Origin: an uncultured Candidatus Poseidoniales archaeon
GTDB taxonomy: Archaea > Thermoplasmatota > Poseidoniia > Poseidoniales > Poseidoniaceae
Direction: 5' to 3'
Assembly (NCBI GenBank): GCA_964015895.1
Contig: CAXHFO010000001.1
Span: 1 to 40,007 of the forward strand
DNA length: 40,007 nt
In this document: one piece after another, positions 16,794 to 26,119 of the stretch
How positions within the stretch are numbered: position 1 is the first letter of the stretch
Layout of the letters: each line of letters starts with the position of its first letter
Program-made: the position numbers and the translations under genes
Notes under the pieces: generated by a model
Told to the model about the DNA's origin: nothing
Databases searched by the model: none
What the model saw: the letters and a program-made list of their open reading frames with translations, nothing else

Positions 16794-17531
16794 TCAATTG
16801 GGAGACTTTTTTTTGCGTATTTTGAATGACGAATATACTTCAGTTTCAACTTCATTTGATGGTGGATTTAATTTTTTGTCCAATAACTCTTCATAGGTTT
16901 TTCTTACTACAGTCGTGCCACGTTTCCAAGGCATATGGTTGCGACAAACTAAGTACACTTCTGAAGAAGAATTTCTCGATGCCATAGGAGAGAATCTTCG
17001 AACTTCAGAAAAATATGGTTTAATTGCCTCTATCAATTCTTCAATCCCCACTCCTTGGAATATTTTTGTCGTAAACCAACCACCGTAGCCCAATAAATCT
17101 AGAGAAAAATCAAGGACATCAGCAACTAAAGTCATAGCAACTGCTTGATCAACATCCCAATTACCAGTAATATCAGGAGATATATCGGAAACTATTGTGT
17201 TGATAACTCTGCCATCTAACTCCGAAAAGATTCTTTGTTGAGTTGATTCTTCGGTTATATCACCAACTAATAGTAACGCACCTTCAACAGGCTGACATGG
17301 TTCCAAATCAATTCCAATTACAGTACCCTCATCACCGACCAATTCAACTGCTACTTGTGCCCATCCGCCCGGATGGCATCCTACGTCTAGCACTACATCA
17401 CCTTCTCTGATAAGTTTGAACTTTTCTTGAATTTGTAGTAATTTAAATGCTGACCTAGCACGGTAACCACTGGCCTTTGCTTGACGCCTCCAAGAATCTC
17501 TTTTGTGATTCTCAATCCAGTGGTCTGCCAT
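16794..17531 (-). CDS. rlmE: 23S rRNA 2'-O-ribose methyltransferase RlmE/FtsJ
   Basis: YRARSAFKLLQIQEKFKLI...VVLDVGCHPGGWAQV...VSDISP...TKIFQG is the FtsJ SAM-methyltransferase signature. Confidence 0.9.
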   Translation of the reverse strand: MADHWIENHKRDSWRRQAKASGYRARSAFKLLQIQEKFKLIREGDVVLDVGCHPGGWAQVAVELVGDEGTVIGIDLEPCQPVEGALLLVGDITEESTQQRIFSELDGRVINTIVSDISPDITGNWDVDQAVAMTLVADVLDFSLDLLGYGGWFTTKIFQGVGIEELIEAIKPYFSEVRRFSPMASRNSSSEVYLVCRNHMPWKRGTTVVRKTYEELLDKKLNPPSNEVETEVYSSFKIRKKKSPN

Positions 17532-17639
17532 AATTCCCCTCGGCTACGGCTCAACTATCTCACAAATGAACTTAGCCTACACAACAGAACATATAATGAA
17601 AGAGGAAGACCCTCTACGGTCAGTCAAGGAGCAGGAACT

Positions 17640-18581
17640 ATGTTTAACCAACGCATGGCTTTGACAGTTCTTATCACAGTTCTAATCACGCTATCCATGC
17701 AGAGTTCAAACGTTACTGCAGTAGTTAAAGAACATCCAAGTGATTGGGAAGAAGAAGTTAATATCCTAGGTGGTCGAACTATTCTAGTCGAAGAATTGAG
17801 TGCCACATGGTGTGCCAGCTGTGCCGAGATTGACCCATATTTACAACAAGTTGCTGATTCACACGGATCCAGAATTAGTATCGTAACTTATCACCCTACT
17901 GATGGCGAGGATGCTTTTCAGCCTGAGGCTGCTAGCCATCGAATTGACCGTATGAAAATGATTAATCCTGAGTTGGGGTCAACACCCGCTTTTGTGGTCG
18001 AGGGTGGGGAAGTTAGAGTAGGTCCAAATTCATGGCCTGATGTCCAAAAAGACATCTTGAAGAAAGAAACAGAAAACCAACAATATTCTCACTTAGGATT
18101 TAACATAAGTAAAAATTTAAACCAATACACTGCAAGAATCACCAGTTTTAATCCGATATACGTTGAATATGATACTCAGGTTACATTCATTTTGATGAAA
18201 CATGAACTGATAGTTCCTGAAGGTTTTGTTAACCCTGCGGGTGATTCAAGAGATAGAGTAGTAACTGCAGTTGCGACGTGTAATTTGGTAGAAAATAACA
18301 TAACACAAAGTCTTGGATTTACCGCGGCAAGTAGCGATAATTGTTCAGATAACTTCTCTGTTACGTTTAACAATAGTGAGAAGTTTAGTTTAGTATTGAT
18401 TCATGAATCAACCGAAAATGAACTAGCTAACAATTCTGAGTTAGGAAAAAACTTAGGTTTAGTGGAATTTGCTTACCGAGACATCACGATTCATGATACT
18501 GATGATTATCTTTCAATTGTAGTTGTTTCCATAGTCTCCTTAGGGATATTATGGGCAATTTATGAGCGTAAAACTTCTTGA
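17640..18581 (+). CDS. Exported thioredoxin-fold protein (WCASC) with a C-terminal TM anchor
   Basis: ATG at 17640 gives the signal-like MFNQRMALTVLITVLITLSMQSSNVTA. The track start at 17481 overlaps rlmE. Redox motif LSATWCASCAEI. C-terminal TM LSIVVVSIVSLGILWAIY followed by ERKTS. Confidence 0.7.
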   Translation: MFNQRMALTVLITVLITLSMQSSNVTAVVKEHPSDWEEEVNILGGRTILVEELSATWCASCAEIDPYLQQVADSHGSRISIVTYHPTDGEDAFQPEAASHRIDRMKMINPELGSTPAFVVEGGEVRVGPNSWPDVQKDILKKETENQQYSHLGFNISKNLNQYTARITSFNPIYVEYDTQVTFILMKHELIVPEGFVNPAGDSRDRVVTAVATCNLVENNITQSLGFTAASSDNCSDNFSVTFNNSEKFSLVLIHESTENELANNSELGKNLGLVEFAYRDITIHDTDDYLSIVVVSIVSLGILWAIYERKTS

Positions 18582-18675
18582 AAATGCCTATACTCGGCTA
18601 ATAACTACCACATAACGGTAATTTTGATGAGCGTAAGACCAAATACTTGATAACCTACCGTGACTATGTATTAAC

Positions 18676-18948
18676 ATGGAAGAATCATGGGAAGATGTTT
18701 CGTGGCAAGAGGATGAACCTCTAAAAGAATGGTATGTTGAATATATCGCAGTAGTCAACCAAGAAAAATTTCACCACATGACTGTAGTCTATGGCGAAGA
18801 TTTGCAAGATGCTCAAAGAAGCCTACTTCATGAGGTTAGACGGATGTACAGTACATCTGTTGAAAGCATAGACATAACAGTAGTTAAGATGAAACAAACC
18901 TCTGGAAATACCGATGCTGCCTTGTTTGAAGGGATGTTTGTTCCTTAA
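18676..18948 (+). CDS. Hypothetical acidic protein (90 aa)
   Basis: Clean ORF. Its stop overlaps the stop of the convergent gene. No family recognised. Confidence 0.45.
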   Translation: MEESWEDVSWQEDEPLKEWYVEYIAVVNQEKFHHMTVVYGEDLQDAQRSLLHEVRRMYSTSVESIDITVVKMKQTSGNTDAALFEGMFVP

Positions 18949-19544
18949 ACAGCACGTTCTTGATAGACAACAGCAATCTCTCTACCGTCAACTAGTAGAT
19001 AATCATCAAAGTCGTAGTTTGCGACTCCATCAATGGTCATGATCAATTCATGGGTTGAATTTACTCGATAATCAAAAATGCCGGTTTCGTTAAAATGAAC
19101 ACCCCAGATATCAAAAAAAACGCCAATTGGAATATCGATGTCTTCGTTTGATTCAATGTGTAGTTTACCTGAAGCATCATGAGTATGGACTGCATGCATA
19201 TTGCCACCTTCCTGATTACAAACTTCTGTGTTGATGCCAATTGAAGATGGAATAGCATTTTCAACTCCATTGATGTATATGTTAAGATTTGAATGGTCAT
19301 GTCTTGCTAAACCAGAATGGTCTAGACAGTTTTGTGCGATGGGATCAGGGTCATCAGCGGTGCTAGATAGTATCATTTCATCATTCTCTGAAGATTCATC
19401 CACAGATTGGCTAAACAAGTCACCGCCATATTGCTGAGCTAACAACACCAATAATACTGCTAGAGACAAGGTGGTAATTATCGACCAAATCCTTGTTTCA
19501 GAGTTCACAATATCACCAATTATGTAGTTGTGGTTGCTTTCCAT
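18945..19544 (-). CDS. Membrane-anchored secreted protein with conserved-looking His clusters, function unknown
   Basis: One N-terminal TM (IWSIITTLSLAVLLVLLA). The ectodomain carries CLDHSGLARHDHSNLNIYINGVENAIPSSIGI, CNQEGGNMHAVHTHDASGKLHIES and IGVFFDIWG. Its start overlaps the VKOR gene by 25 nt. Confidence 0.65.
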   Translation of the reverse strand: MESNHNYIIGDIVNSETRIWSIITTLSLAVLLVLLAQQYGGDLFSQSVDESSENDEMILSSTADDPDPIAQNCLDHSGLARHDHSNLNIYINGVENAIPSSIGINTEVCNQEGGNMHAVHTHDASGKLHIESNEDIDIPIGVFFDIWGVHFNETGIFDYRVNSTHELIMTIDGVANYDFDDYLLVDGREIAVVYQERAV

Positions 19545-20122
19545 GCAGCATTATCATCGTGAAGTTTCCTAAGCCGAAGGAAACCGATTAATGCAGCTAT
19601 ATTCGCGATGTGGGCAGTAGTGCAATAAAGACAAATTTTACCTTCTTCAATCTCATAGGAAACAAGTAGCAATATAACGAGAATACCTGCTCCGGTAATC
19701 AAGGTACCTAGTTGAATGAAACGTTGAGTATACTCTCCATTTGGATCGTTCTTGATGACCAGTACCATGAATAATAGGAACGCGTTGACAATCATTCCAA
19801 TAAATCCCCATGAGAATCCAAAGAACGGATCGACATTCAAATCATTATTACCCAATAAGTCATCGCAAGAGAATACTGTTGATGATGTGCAGAAATTTCC
19901 TCCTTCGCTAATTTTGGAAGATATCCAAAACGTTTGAGCTGAAACTGCAAAGCCGAAGAACGTAATAATCTGCAGGCCTGCAGTAATTTGCCCGCGCACA
20001 GTCGATAAAATTTCAAATCGGCTTGACAAAGAATCTGCGGCCGAACGCCCCATTGGGGAGAGCAAAAACAGGCCGAATAATGTCGGAATTAAGTAAGCTC
20101 CAATCAATAAATTATCTAGCAT
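19520..20122 (-). CDS. Vitamin K epoxide reductase (VKOR) family thiol oxidoreductase
   Basis: Polytopic membrane protein with a loop cysteine pair C-x7-C (CTSSTVFSC) and a membrane-embedded CxxC (KICLYCTTAH), as in VKOR homologues. Its start codon directly abuts the stop of the thioredoxin gene. Confidence 0.75.
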   Translation of the reverse strand: MLDNLLIGAYLIPTLFGLFLLSPMGRSAADSLSSRFEILSTVRGQITAGLQIITFFGFAVSAQTFWISSKISEGGNFCTSSTVFSCDDLLGNNDLNVDPFFGFSWGFIGMIVNAFLLFMVLVIKNDPNGEYTQRFIQLGTLITGAGILVILLLVSYEIEEGKICLYCTTAHIANIAALIGFLRLRKLHDDNAAWKATTTT

Positions 20123-20755
20123 CTAAGCACCTTCCTTAGGTGTAAGTTCTTCAATGGCTCCGGCAAGAGTCTTTGAATTGTCTTCGGAATTCCAAGCAAC
20201 TATACCATCTGGTTGGATTAAGAAGTAGGCAGGAGTACCTGGAATACCCCATTTGTCCATATTATCCTGATCAATATCATCAACATAAGGGAAATTATGC
20301 CCATAATCTGCTCTAAAATCTTGTATTTCTGCTCTGCTGGAGTCATGACCTTGAATATTCAATTCAGTTGCGCTAGCGATAAAGTTCACATGGGGACCAT
20401 TCCAGTTTGGATTATTAGCGGTGTATGTGTTAGCCCAATCTGCTTGGCTGCTAGCAGACTGTTGACAATATGGACAATCAGTATCCATGAATATCATCGC
20501 CACCCACTGACCTGAAATATTGCCTTCTGCCCAAGTTAAGTCAAAATAACTTTCAAAATCAAATTCTGTCCAAGTTGTGCCATTGTATGCTTTACCCTCG
20601 ACATTGGGCGCCCGATCCCCAACATTAGTTCCAATAGCGACCGGATTAGCGGTAAATGCAATTATCATTATGGCGATGAAGAATAACGAGGCAACTGATA
20701 ATGCTGCGCTGCCAACTGCACCGGCGTGGTAATCTTTTCTGAGTTTTCCTTGCAT
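20123..20755 (-). CDS. Membrane-anchored TlpA/redoxin-like thioredoxin-fold protein (CPYC)
   Basis: N-terminal TM (AALSVASLFFIAIMIIAF). FMDTDCPYCQQSA is the CxxC motif. GIPGTPAYFLIQPDG carries the thioredoxin cis-Pro region. Confidence 0.75.
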   Translation of the reverse strand: MQGKLRKDYHAGAVGSAALSVASLFFIAIMIIAFTANPVAIGTNVGDRAPNVEGKAYNGTTWTEFDFESYFDLTWAEGNISGQWVAMIFMDTDCPYCQQSASSQADWANTYTANNPNWNGPHVNFIASATELNIQGHDSSRAEIQDFRADYGHNFPYVDDIDQDNMDKWGIPGTPAYFLIQPDGIVAWNSEDNSKTLAGAIEELTPKEGA

Positions 20756-20759
20756 AATT

Positions 20760-21704
20760 TCACAATCCTATTTCATTTATTAGAGACCTTGCAGTATACC
20801 TTACCGCATCTTCGCTATTATATTCCACTGCATAACCTGTTGAAAGCATTTTTTCTATTCCAAGTCGAGCGCGGGGGATATCTCCAGCCCAACCTCTTGA
20901 GCCACCAGTATATTCTATTTTAGCACCCTTGTAACCTGTTTCTTCTGTTACGATCTCAGCGATTCTTTTTACTGAACAGGTATCGTGACTACCTAAATTG
21001 AACAAATTTATTTGGTTATGTTGAGTTTTATAGACATGTAATATTGCGTTTACACATTCTTTTACTTCCATGTATGATTTTTCTTGTAGCCCATTTCCTA
21101 ATACTTCAAGTCGAGAATTGTCATTTTTTAGTTTGTGAATGAAATCAAAAATCACCCCATGGGTGCCTCTTTCTCCAATAATATTAGCAAACCGGAAAAT
21201 CCATGCCTGAAAATCAAATGTTCCAACCCAACTGGTAATTAGTCCTTCACATGCTAATTTACTTGCTCCATAGAGGGAAATTGGTAGGCATGGACCATAA
21301 CTTTCTGGTGTTGGTAAAGGTGCATCTTCGCCGTAAACAACAGAAGATGATGCAAAAACTATTTTCTTTACGTCGTTTATTCTCATTGATTCTAGTAAAT
21401 TGTACGTGGCAATTGTTCCTTGGTTTAGGTCGGTATCGGTAACTCTTGTTCCAAGCCTAATATCTGGATTTGCTGCTAGATGAAACACACAATCAATATC
21501 TTTTGTCGCAATTTCAACATCAGATAATGAAGTTAAATCGCCTTTTTGGAATTCTAGATGGCCATTTTCCATATGTGTTTTAATGAATTCTAGTTTCCCA
21601 CTGGAAAGGTTATCGATAACTCTAACCTTGTAACCAGATGCAACCAAAGCATCAATTAGATGTGAGCCAATAAATCCAGCACCACCAGTCACCAATGCTC
21701 GCAT
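20760..21704 (-). CDS. NAD-dependent nucleotide-sugar epimerase/dehydratase (SDR family)
   Basis: MRALVTGGAGFIGSH Rossmann motif, and YGASKLACE as the catalytic YxxxK. ATG at 21704 is preferred over the track start at 21764. Confidence 0.85.
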   Translation of the reverse strand: MRALVTGGAGFIGSHLIDALVASGYKVRVIDNLSSGKLEFIKTHMENGHLEFQKGDLTSLSDVEIATKDIDCVFHLAANPDIRLGTRVTDTDLNQGTIATYNLLESMRINDVKKIVFASSSVVYGEDAPLPTPESYGPCLPISLYGASKLACEGLITSWVGTFDFQAWIFRFANIIGERGTHGVIFDFIHKLKNDNSRLEVLGNGLQEKSYMEVKECVNAILHVYKTQHNQINLFNLGSHDTCSVKRIAEIVTEETGYKGAKIEYTGGSRGWAGDIPRARLGIEKMLSTGYAVEYNSEDAVRYTARSLINEIGL

Positions 21705-21824
21705 AGACTCACCAGCCAACGCGACCGTATAAGGAGAATGGTATTTCCACAACCTCCATATCAAGACTTTGATAACCTTTGATTTGATTGGGAGAGTTGC
21801 TGCACAAGCAGCGGATGTGTAAAA

Positions 21825-22079
21825 ATGGCTAAAAATAAACCAGCAAAAAATATGATGAATGATGTAGAGAACAAAACCAACTTAGTTGGATATGTTAGAA
21901 AGAGCAATGCAGGTGGCGCGGTAAAAGTTTCGATAAATACCGATGCATTTACTGAATGTGAAACATATGTAACAAGTGATGGGCAAGAATATGTCCCCCT
22001 GATAATATCTGTTAATGCCCTTAACAAGGTTTTAGACGGTGAGAGAGTTGTTACAACTATCAGTCAAATGGTAGATTGA
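21825..22079 (+). CDS. Small hypothetical protein (84 aa), Lys-rich N-terminus
   Basis: Clean ORF in a spacer between divergent units. No family recognised. Confidence 0.45.
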   Translation: MAKNKPAKNMMNDVENKTNLVGYVRKSNAGGAVKVSINTDAFTECETYVTSDGQEYVPLIISVNALNKVLDGERVVTTISQMVD

Positions 22080-22249
22080 ATAAACATAAAATACCGACAA
22101 TTTGCATAATTTGATGACCTTAAATTATCTCCCCAGCATTTTGCTTAATGCCTCAAATTTGGTTTCGGCCTTGATGAGGTATCAAATTATTAATTTACAA
22201 CAGATATTTTATCAATAGTGCTATATAGTCCCGGGCAAGCCGAAATAAT

Positions 22250-23194
22250 GTGCTTGATTGGGACACTAAAGCCGATGACGGTGCACCGTTCATCGTTGCA
22301 GGAATGCCAATGTATAACGAAGAAGAGACCATTGGCACTGTTGTAACTTTGGCATTAAAATACGCAGATGCGGTAATTTGTGTTGATGATGGATCCTCAG
22401 ATTCAAGTGCTAGAATCGCTGAAGCCTGTGGCGCAACAGTAATTCGTCACCGGGTAAATCGTGGCTATGGTGGTGCTTTAAAATCACTATTTATCAAAGC
22501 AATTGAAATGAAGGCTACTGCTCTTGTTGTGCTGGATAGTGATGGACAACATAAGGTAGCAGACATTCCAATGTTACTCAAGCCAATACTAGACAAACAA
22601 GCAGATTTCGTGATTGGTTCAAGATTTATTGATGGCGGAGGAGGGACAGATATGCCTGCTTATCGTCGGCTTGGAATTAAAGTAATCACTGCAGCAAGCA
22701 ACCTGTCAAGAGATATATCAATCAAAGATACACAATCTGGTTTTAGGGCTTTTTCAGCTCATGCACTAGAAGTTTTGAGATTTGATTGCGAAGGGATGGA
22801 ATTGTCTTTAGAAATGTTAGAGGATGCTCATGAAAAGCAACTCAAAATTTCTGAAGTCCCCACTGTCGTGAGATATGATGTCCCAAAAGGTTCCAACTTT
22901 ACTGCAGTATCTCACGGATTCACTGTATTATCATGGGCACTTGTATCCTTGTCACACAAGAAACCATTACTTGTTCTTGGTATACCAGGCCTCGGACTGT
23001 TTGCAGCTGGAGCAGCGATGGGGCTAAATTTAGCACAAAATGTAACTGGACAAATTGATGGCTATATTGGCTCAGGTTTATCGGCAGTATGGATTGGTGT
23101 GTTAGGACTTTCACTTATGGCAACTGGACTAGTATTACAGTCAGCTAGAGGATTCTTAAGACACTTAATAGTCAAAGAATTTGGACTAGACTAA
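22250..23194 (+). CDS. GT2 polyprenyl-phosphate glycosyltransferase (GtrB/DPM1/AglJ-like) with two C-terminal TMs
   Basis: PMYNEEETIG, VDDGSSDSS, NRGYGGALK and LDSDGQH (DxD), followed by two C-terminal hydrophobic helices. GTG start per the track. Confidence 0.8.
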   Translation: MLDWDTKADDGAPFIVAGMPMYNEEETIGTVVTLALKYADAVICVDDGSSDSSARIAEACGATVIRHRVNRGYGGALKSLFIKAIEMKATALVVLDSDGQHKVADIPMLLKPILDKQADFVIGSRFIDGGGGTDMPAYRRLGIKVITAASNLSRDISIKDTQSGFRAFSAHALEVLRFDCEGMELSLEMLEDAHEKQLKISEVPTVVRYDVPKGSNFTAVSHGFTVLSWALVSLSHKKPLLVLGIPGLGLFAAGAAMGLNLAQNVTGQIDGYIGSGLSAVWIGVLGLSLMATGLVLQSARGFLRHLIVKEFGLD

Positions 23195-23265
23195 AATGAG
23201 GCTAATCCAACATTTGGTAAACTTTCAACAGGATTGTTCAAATCCCTCTCTTTAATCCAACAACC

Positions 23266-26118
23266 ATGAGCGAGCCCTCGAATCAAGACGATGGGCCATT
23301 AAGCTCTGTCTTGGCAAAAGGTCGGGAACTGAAAGTTATTGCTAGTAAAAAGACCATGCAATCTCTTGACAAGATGTACAGTAATGTTCTAACTTCACCT
23401 GCAACAGTGGTAATTCTCTTGGTTATTATTGCCGCATTTTTTGCCCAACAAGGTATGGCTTTTCAATCACAGATCGATGATGATGTAGAAATATTCCTAC
23501 CCGATGGTGCACCTTCTACAGAGTTACTCCTAGAGGTTAGAGAAGAATGGTCAACCGATATAACGGTGATTTATATTAAATCAAATAATGCAGACCCGCC
23601 GCTTGATGAAAATAATAATCCAGAATGGGACAAAGATGAGACTAATATCACTGATAAGGAGGTTCTCGATATCATTAGTTGGGTTGAAGGTGACGACAGA
23701 AATGTTGGTGGAGATTCTATCAGCAGAGGTATTGATTACGATAAAAATGACAATGGGCGCAATGATGGAGTATTGTGGATAATATCTCCTGCACAAGTGA
23801 TCAAGGAGATTAATTCGGCCGATGGTAGATTTAACAATTCGCTTTGCGAACATGCAATAGATACGCGAGTACCAATTATTGATTTGGATTGTGATGTACC
23901 TGGAGGAGGTGAATATGCCATTCCAGAACAAGAACGAATTGACACTATAATTGAGCAATCAAACGGAAGTTTTGACGCACTAATTAAGGATACAAATCAA
24001 GATGGAATTTGGGATACTACTGCAATAATTGTTGGAATGAATCAAAATTTTGACGAAATCGATGATTTCAATAATTTTGAGGAACTGCTTGCACATTTTG
24101 AAAAGGTCGTAGATAATCGCCCAAAGTCAGATAGTTCAGAGGAACAAAAAGTCCCAATGATGGCGGTAACTGGTTTAACTAAGGTTTTAGAAGACATCTC
24201 TGATGCAATCTATGAAGACCTATTAATGATCTTACCTTGGTCAGTATTGTTTACTGTACTAGTTATCACAATATTGCATCGCTCATTGAAAGTTGTCGCC
24301 ATAACTGGCACACCAATTGTCATGGCATTGGCATTTACTTTTGGCTCTTCAGTAATTCTGGACATTACTTTGACTCCAATGATAGTTGCTACATTTCCTA
24401 TCTTAATTGGTCTAGGCGTTGATTATTCACTTCACATGGTAAATCGTATTGAAGAAGTACGGCGAAAAGAATTAGAAAAAATGATCGAAGAGAATACTAG
24501 GCGGAAAAAACGCGGCGAAAAGGTGCTCAAAGTCCCAGATTTATGGGACTTTGACTTCTATAAAAAATGTGTATTGGAAATGGCCAGTTCTACTGGTGTG
24601 GCAGTCTTTATTTCAGCAGTCACCACAATTATCGGATTCTCAGTATTAATCGCCCCCCAAATTGTCACAGTATCACCGATTCGTTCTGTTGGTGTTACTT
24701 TGGTTTTGGGTATCTCTTCTACACTACTTCTTAGCATAATTCTAGTACCAACATTAGCTTGGATGTTGAAATATAATAAACGAACAAATCCAACAATGTG
24801 GAAGAATATTGGTAAAATACCAGTCAAAGGTTTCATTATTATCCTGCTAATCTTTGGCTCAGTAACATTTTATGGCATTATTAGTTTAGATGCAATGAAT
24901 GAACCCATAACTGGTTCCTCTGAAGCACCAGATGGTATTGAATCATTGGATTCGCTAGCAGAATATTCTGAATATTTTAGTGGAGGACAAACCTCACTTT
25001 TCATATTCAGTGCAGAAGACCGCCCCAATAACAACAATACTGACCGAATTAGAGATTTACCAGTGTTAGACGTTATTGACTATCTTGAACAGCAGATTGG
25101 AGATGTTGAGCGAACAAATACTACCAGTATTATTACATTTTTAAGAACGATTCCTGTCACTATTGGGCTAAATGATGACATTAGTTTGTATCAAGGTACT
25201 TTGTGGGATTTGCTTCATGAACCGTGTTGGGAATCAAATGACCCAATAGAATGTCATGCTTGGCTATTGCTTGATGCCAGCGGTGAAGGTGGTAGAGAAC
25301 AACTGAGAAAAGATATGGTGAATATTGTATTTGACACTTTAAGTAATGAAGTAAAATCTATGTTACTAAATGAGGAAGGTTCGAAAGGTATTGTCTATGT
25401 AACTCAACCCTACATGAATCTAAATGAAGCGGCAGTACTTCGTGAGCAAATAGATGACATGTTGGCAGAGGATACTGGTTTAGAAGGTACTGAAGCATCT
25501 AAATTAACTGGCGGCCTTCCAGTATCGCTTGACATAAATGAAGGAATCCATAGTTCACAAAACCTTACTACAATAGTAACAATGATTATTTTAACAATTG
25601 TTCTTGCGATTGTATTTAGATCAGTAAGATTAGGAATAATTACCATGATACCTGTTGCAGTGGTAATATTGTGGCAACCTCTATTGATGAATAGTCCTGA
25701 TGTTAATGTCAATATATTCACTGCAATGATTGGAACGATTGTCTTTGGCATAGGAGTTGATGATTCTATTCACGTGATGCATAGAATACAAGAGGAGGGT
25801 GAAACACCCGTAGGTATTGCGAATTCTATAGAAGAGACCGGTCAGACTATTTTTGAAACAACAATTACTACGGTAAGTGGGATTGGTGCTGGTTTCTTGG
25901 TTACATTCCCAGGGCTAGAAAATTTCTTTATGATAATGTGTTTGTTGATTATTTTTGCATTCATCACCAGTACCTTCCTTATGCCGGCTGTAATCACCTC
26001 GGAAAAAGTAGTCAAGGCTGCTGTAAAAGGAGACCCATTCTGGGTTGATTATGGAGAAGGAATAGCCCTATCTTCGCCTATTTCGATGAAACCGTTAGAT
26101 GCTGTTTTAGAAGATTAA
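23266..26118 (+). CDS. RND-superfamily (MMPL/COG1033-type) exporter, paralogue 2
   Basis: Same duplicated architecture as 11479..14082. RND motifs LIGLGVDYSLHMVNR and FGIGVDDSIHVMHR. It has large acidic extracytoplasmic loops. Confidence 0.85.
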   Translation: MSEPSNQDDGPLSSVLAKGRELKVIASKKTMQSLDKMYSNVLTSPATVVILLVIIAAFFAQQGMAFQSQIDDDVEIFLPDGAPSTELLLEVREEWSTDITVIYIKSNNADPPLDENNNPEWDKDETNITDKEVLDIISWVEGDDRNVGGDSISRGIDYDKNDNGRNDGVLWIISPAQVIKEINSADGRFNNSLCEHAIDTRVPIIDLDCDVPGGGEYAIPEQERIDTIIEQSNGSFDALIKDTNQDGIWDTTAIIVGMNQNFDEIDDFNNFEELLAHFEKVVDNRPKSDSSEEQKVPMMAVTGLTKVLEDISDAIYEDLLMILPWSVLFTVLVITILHRSLKVVAITGTPIVMALAFTFGSSVILDITLTPMIVATFPILIGLGVDYSLHMVNRIEEVRRKELEKMIEENTRRKKRGEKVLKVPDLWDFDFYKKCVLEMASSTGVAVFISAVTTIIGFSVLIAPQIVTVSPIRSVGVTLVLGISSTLLLSIILVPTLAWMLKYNKRTNPTMWKNIGKIPVKGFIIILLIFGSVTFYGIISLDAMNEPITGSSEAPDGIESLDSLAEYSEYFSGGQTSLFIFSAEDRPNNNNTDRIRDLPVLDVIDYLEQQIGDVERTNTTSIITFLRTIPVTIGLNDDISLYQGTLWDLLHEPCWESNDPIECHAWLLLDASGEGGREQLRKDMVNIVFDTLSNEVKSMLLNEEGSKGIVYVTQPYMNLNEAAVLREQIDDMLAEDTGLEGTEASKLTGGLPVSLDINEGIHSSQNLTTIVTMIILTIVLAIVFRSVRLGIITMIPVAVVILWQPLLMNSPDVNVNIFTAMIGTIVFGIGVDDSIHVMHRIQEEGETPVGIANSIEETGQTIFETTITTVSGIGAGFLVTFPGLENFFMIMCLLIIFAFITSTFLMPAVITSEKVVKAAVKGDPFWVDYGEGIALSSPISMKPLDAVLED

Positions 26119-26119
26119 T

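Noticed and set aside
17481-17639. Long N-terminal extension of the WCASC protein in the track ORF
   Set aside because: It overlaps rlmE. The internal ATG at 17640 yields a clean signal peptide.
18582-18675. Possible C/D-box sRNA (UGAUGA-like boxes here and at 22111/22171)
   Set aside because: No properly spaced CUGA D/D' boxes or terminal stem were found on either strand.
23581-25751. ORFs antisense or out of frame within RND paralogue 2 (23581..23958, 23588..23782, 23736..23945, 24237..24422, 24558..24836, 25410..25751)
   Set aside because: All are nested in a 950-aa gene that has duplicated RND motifs.
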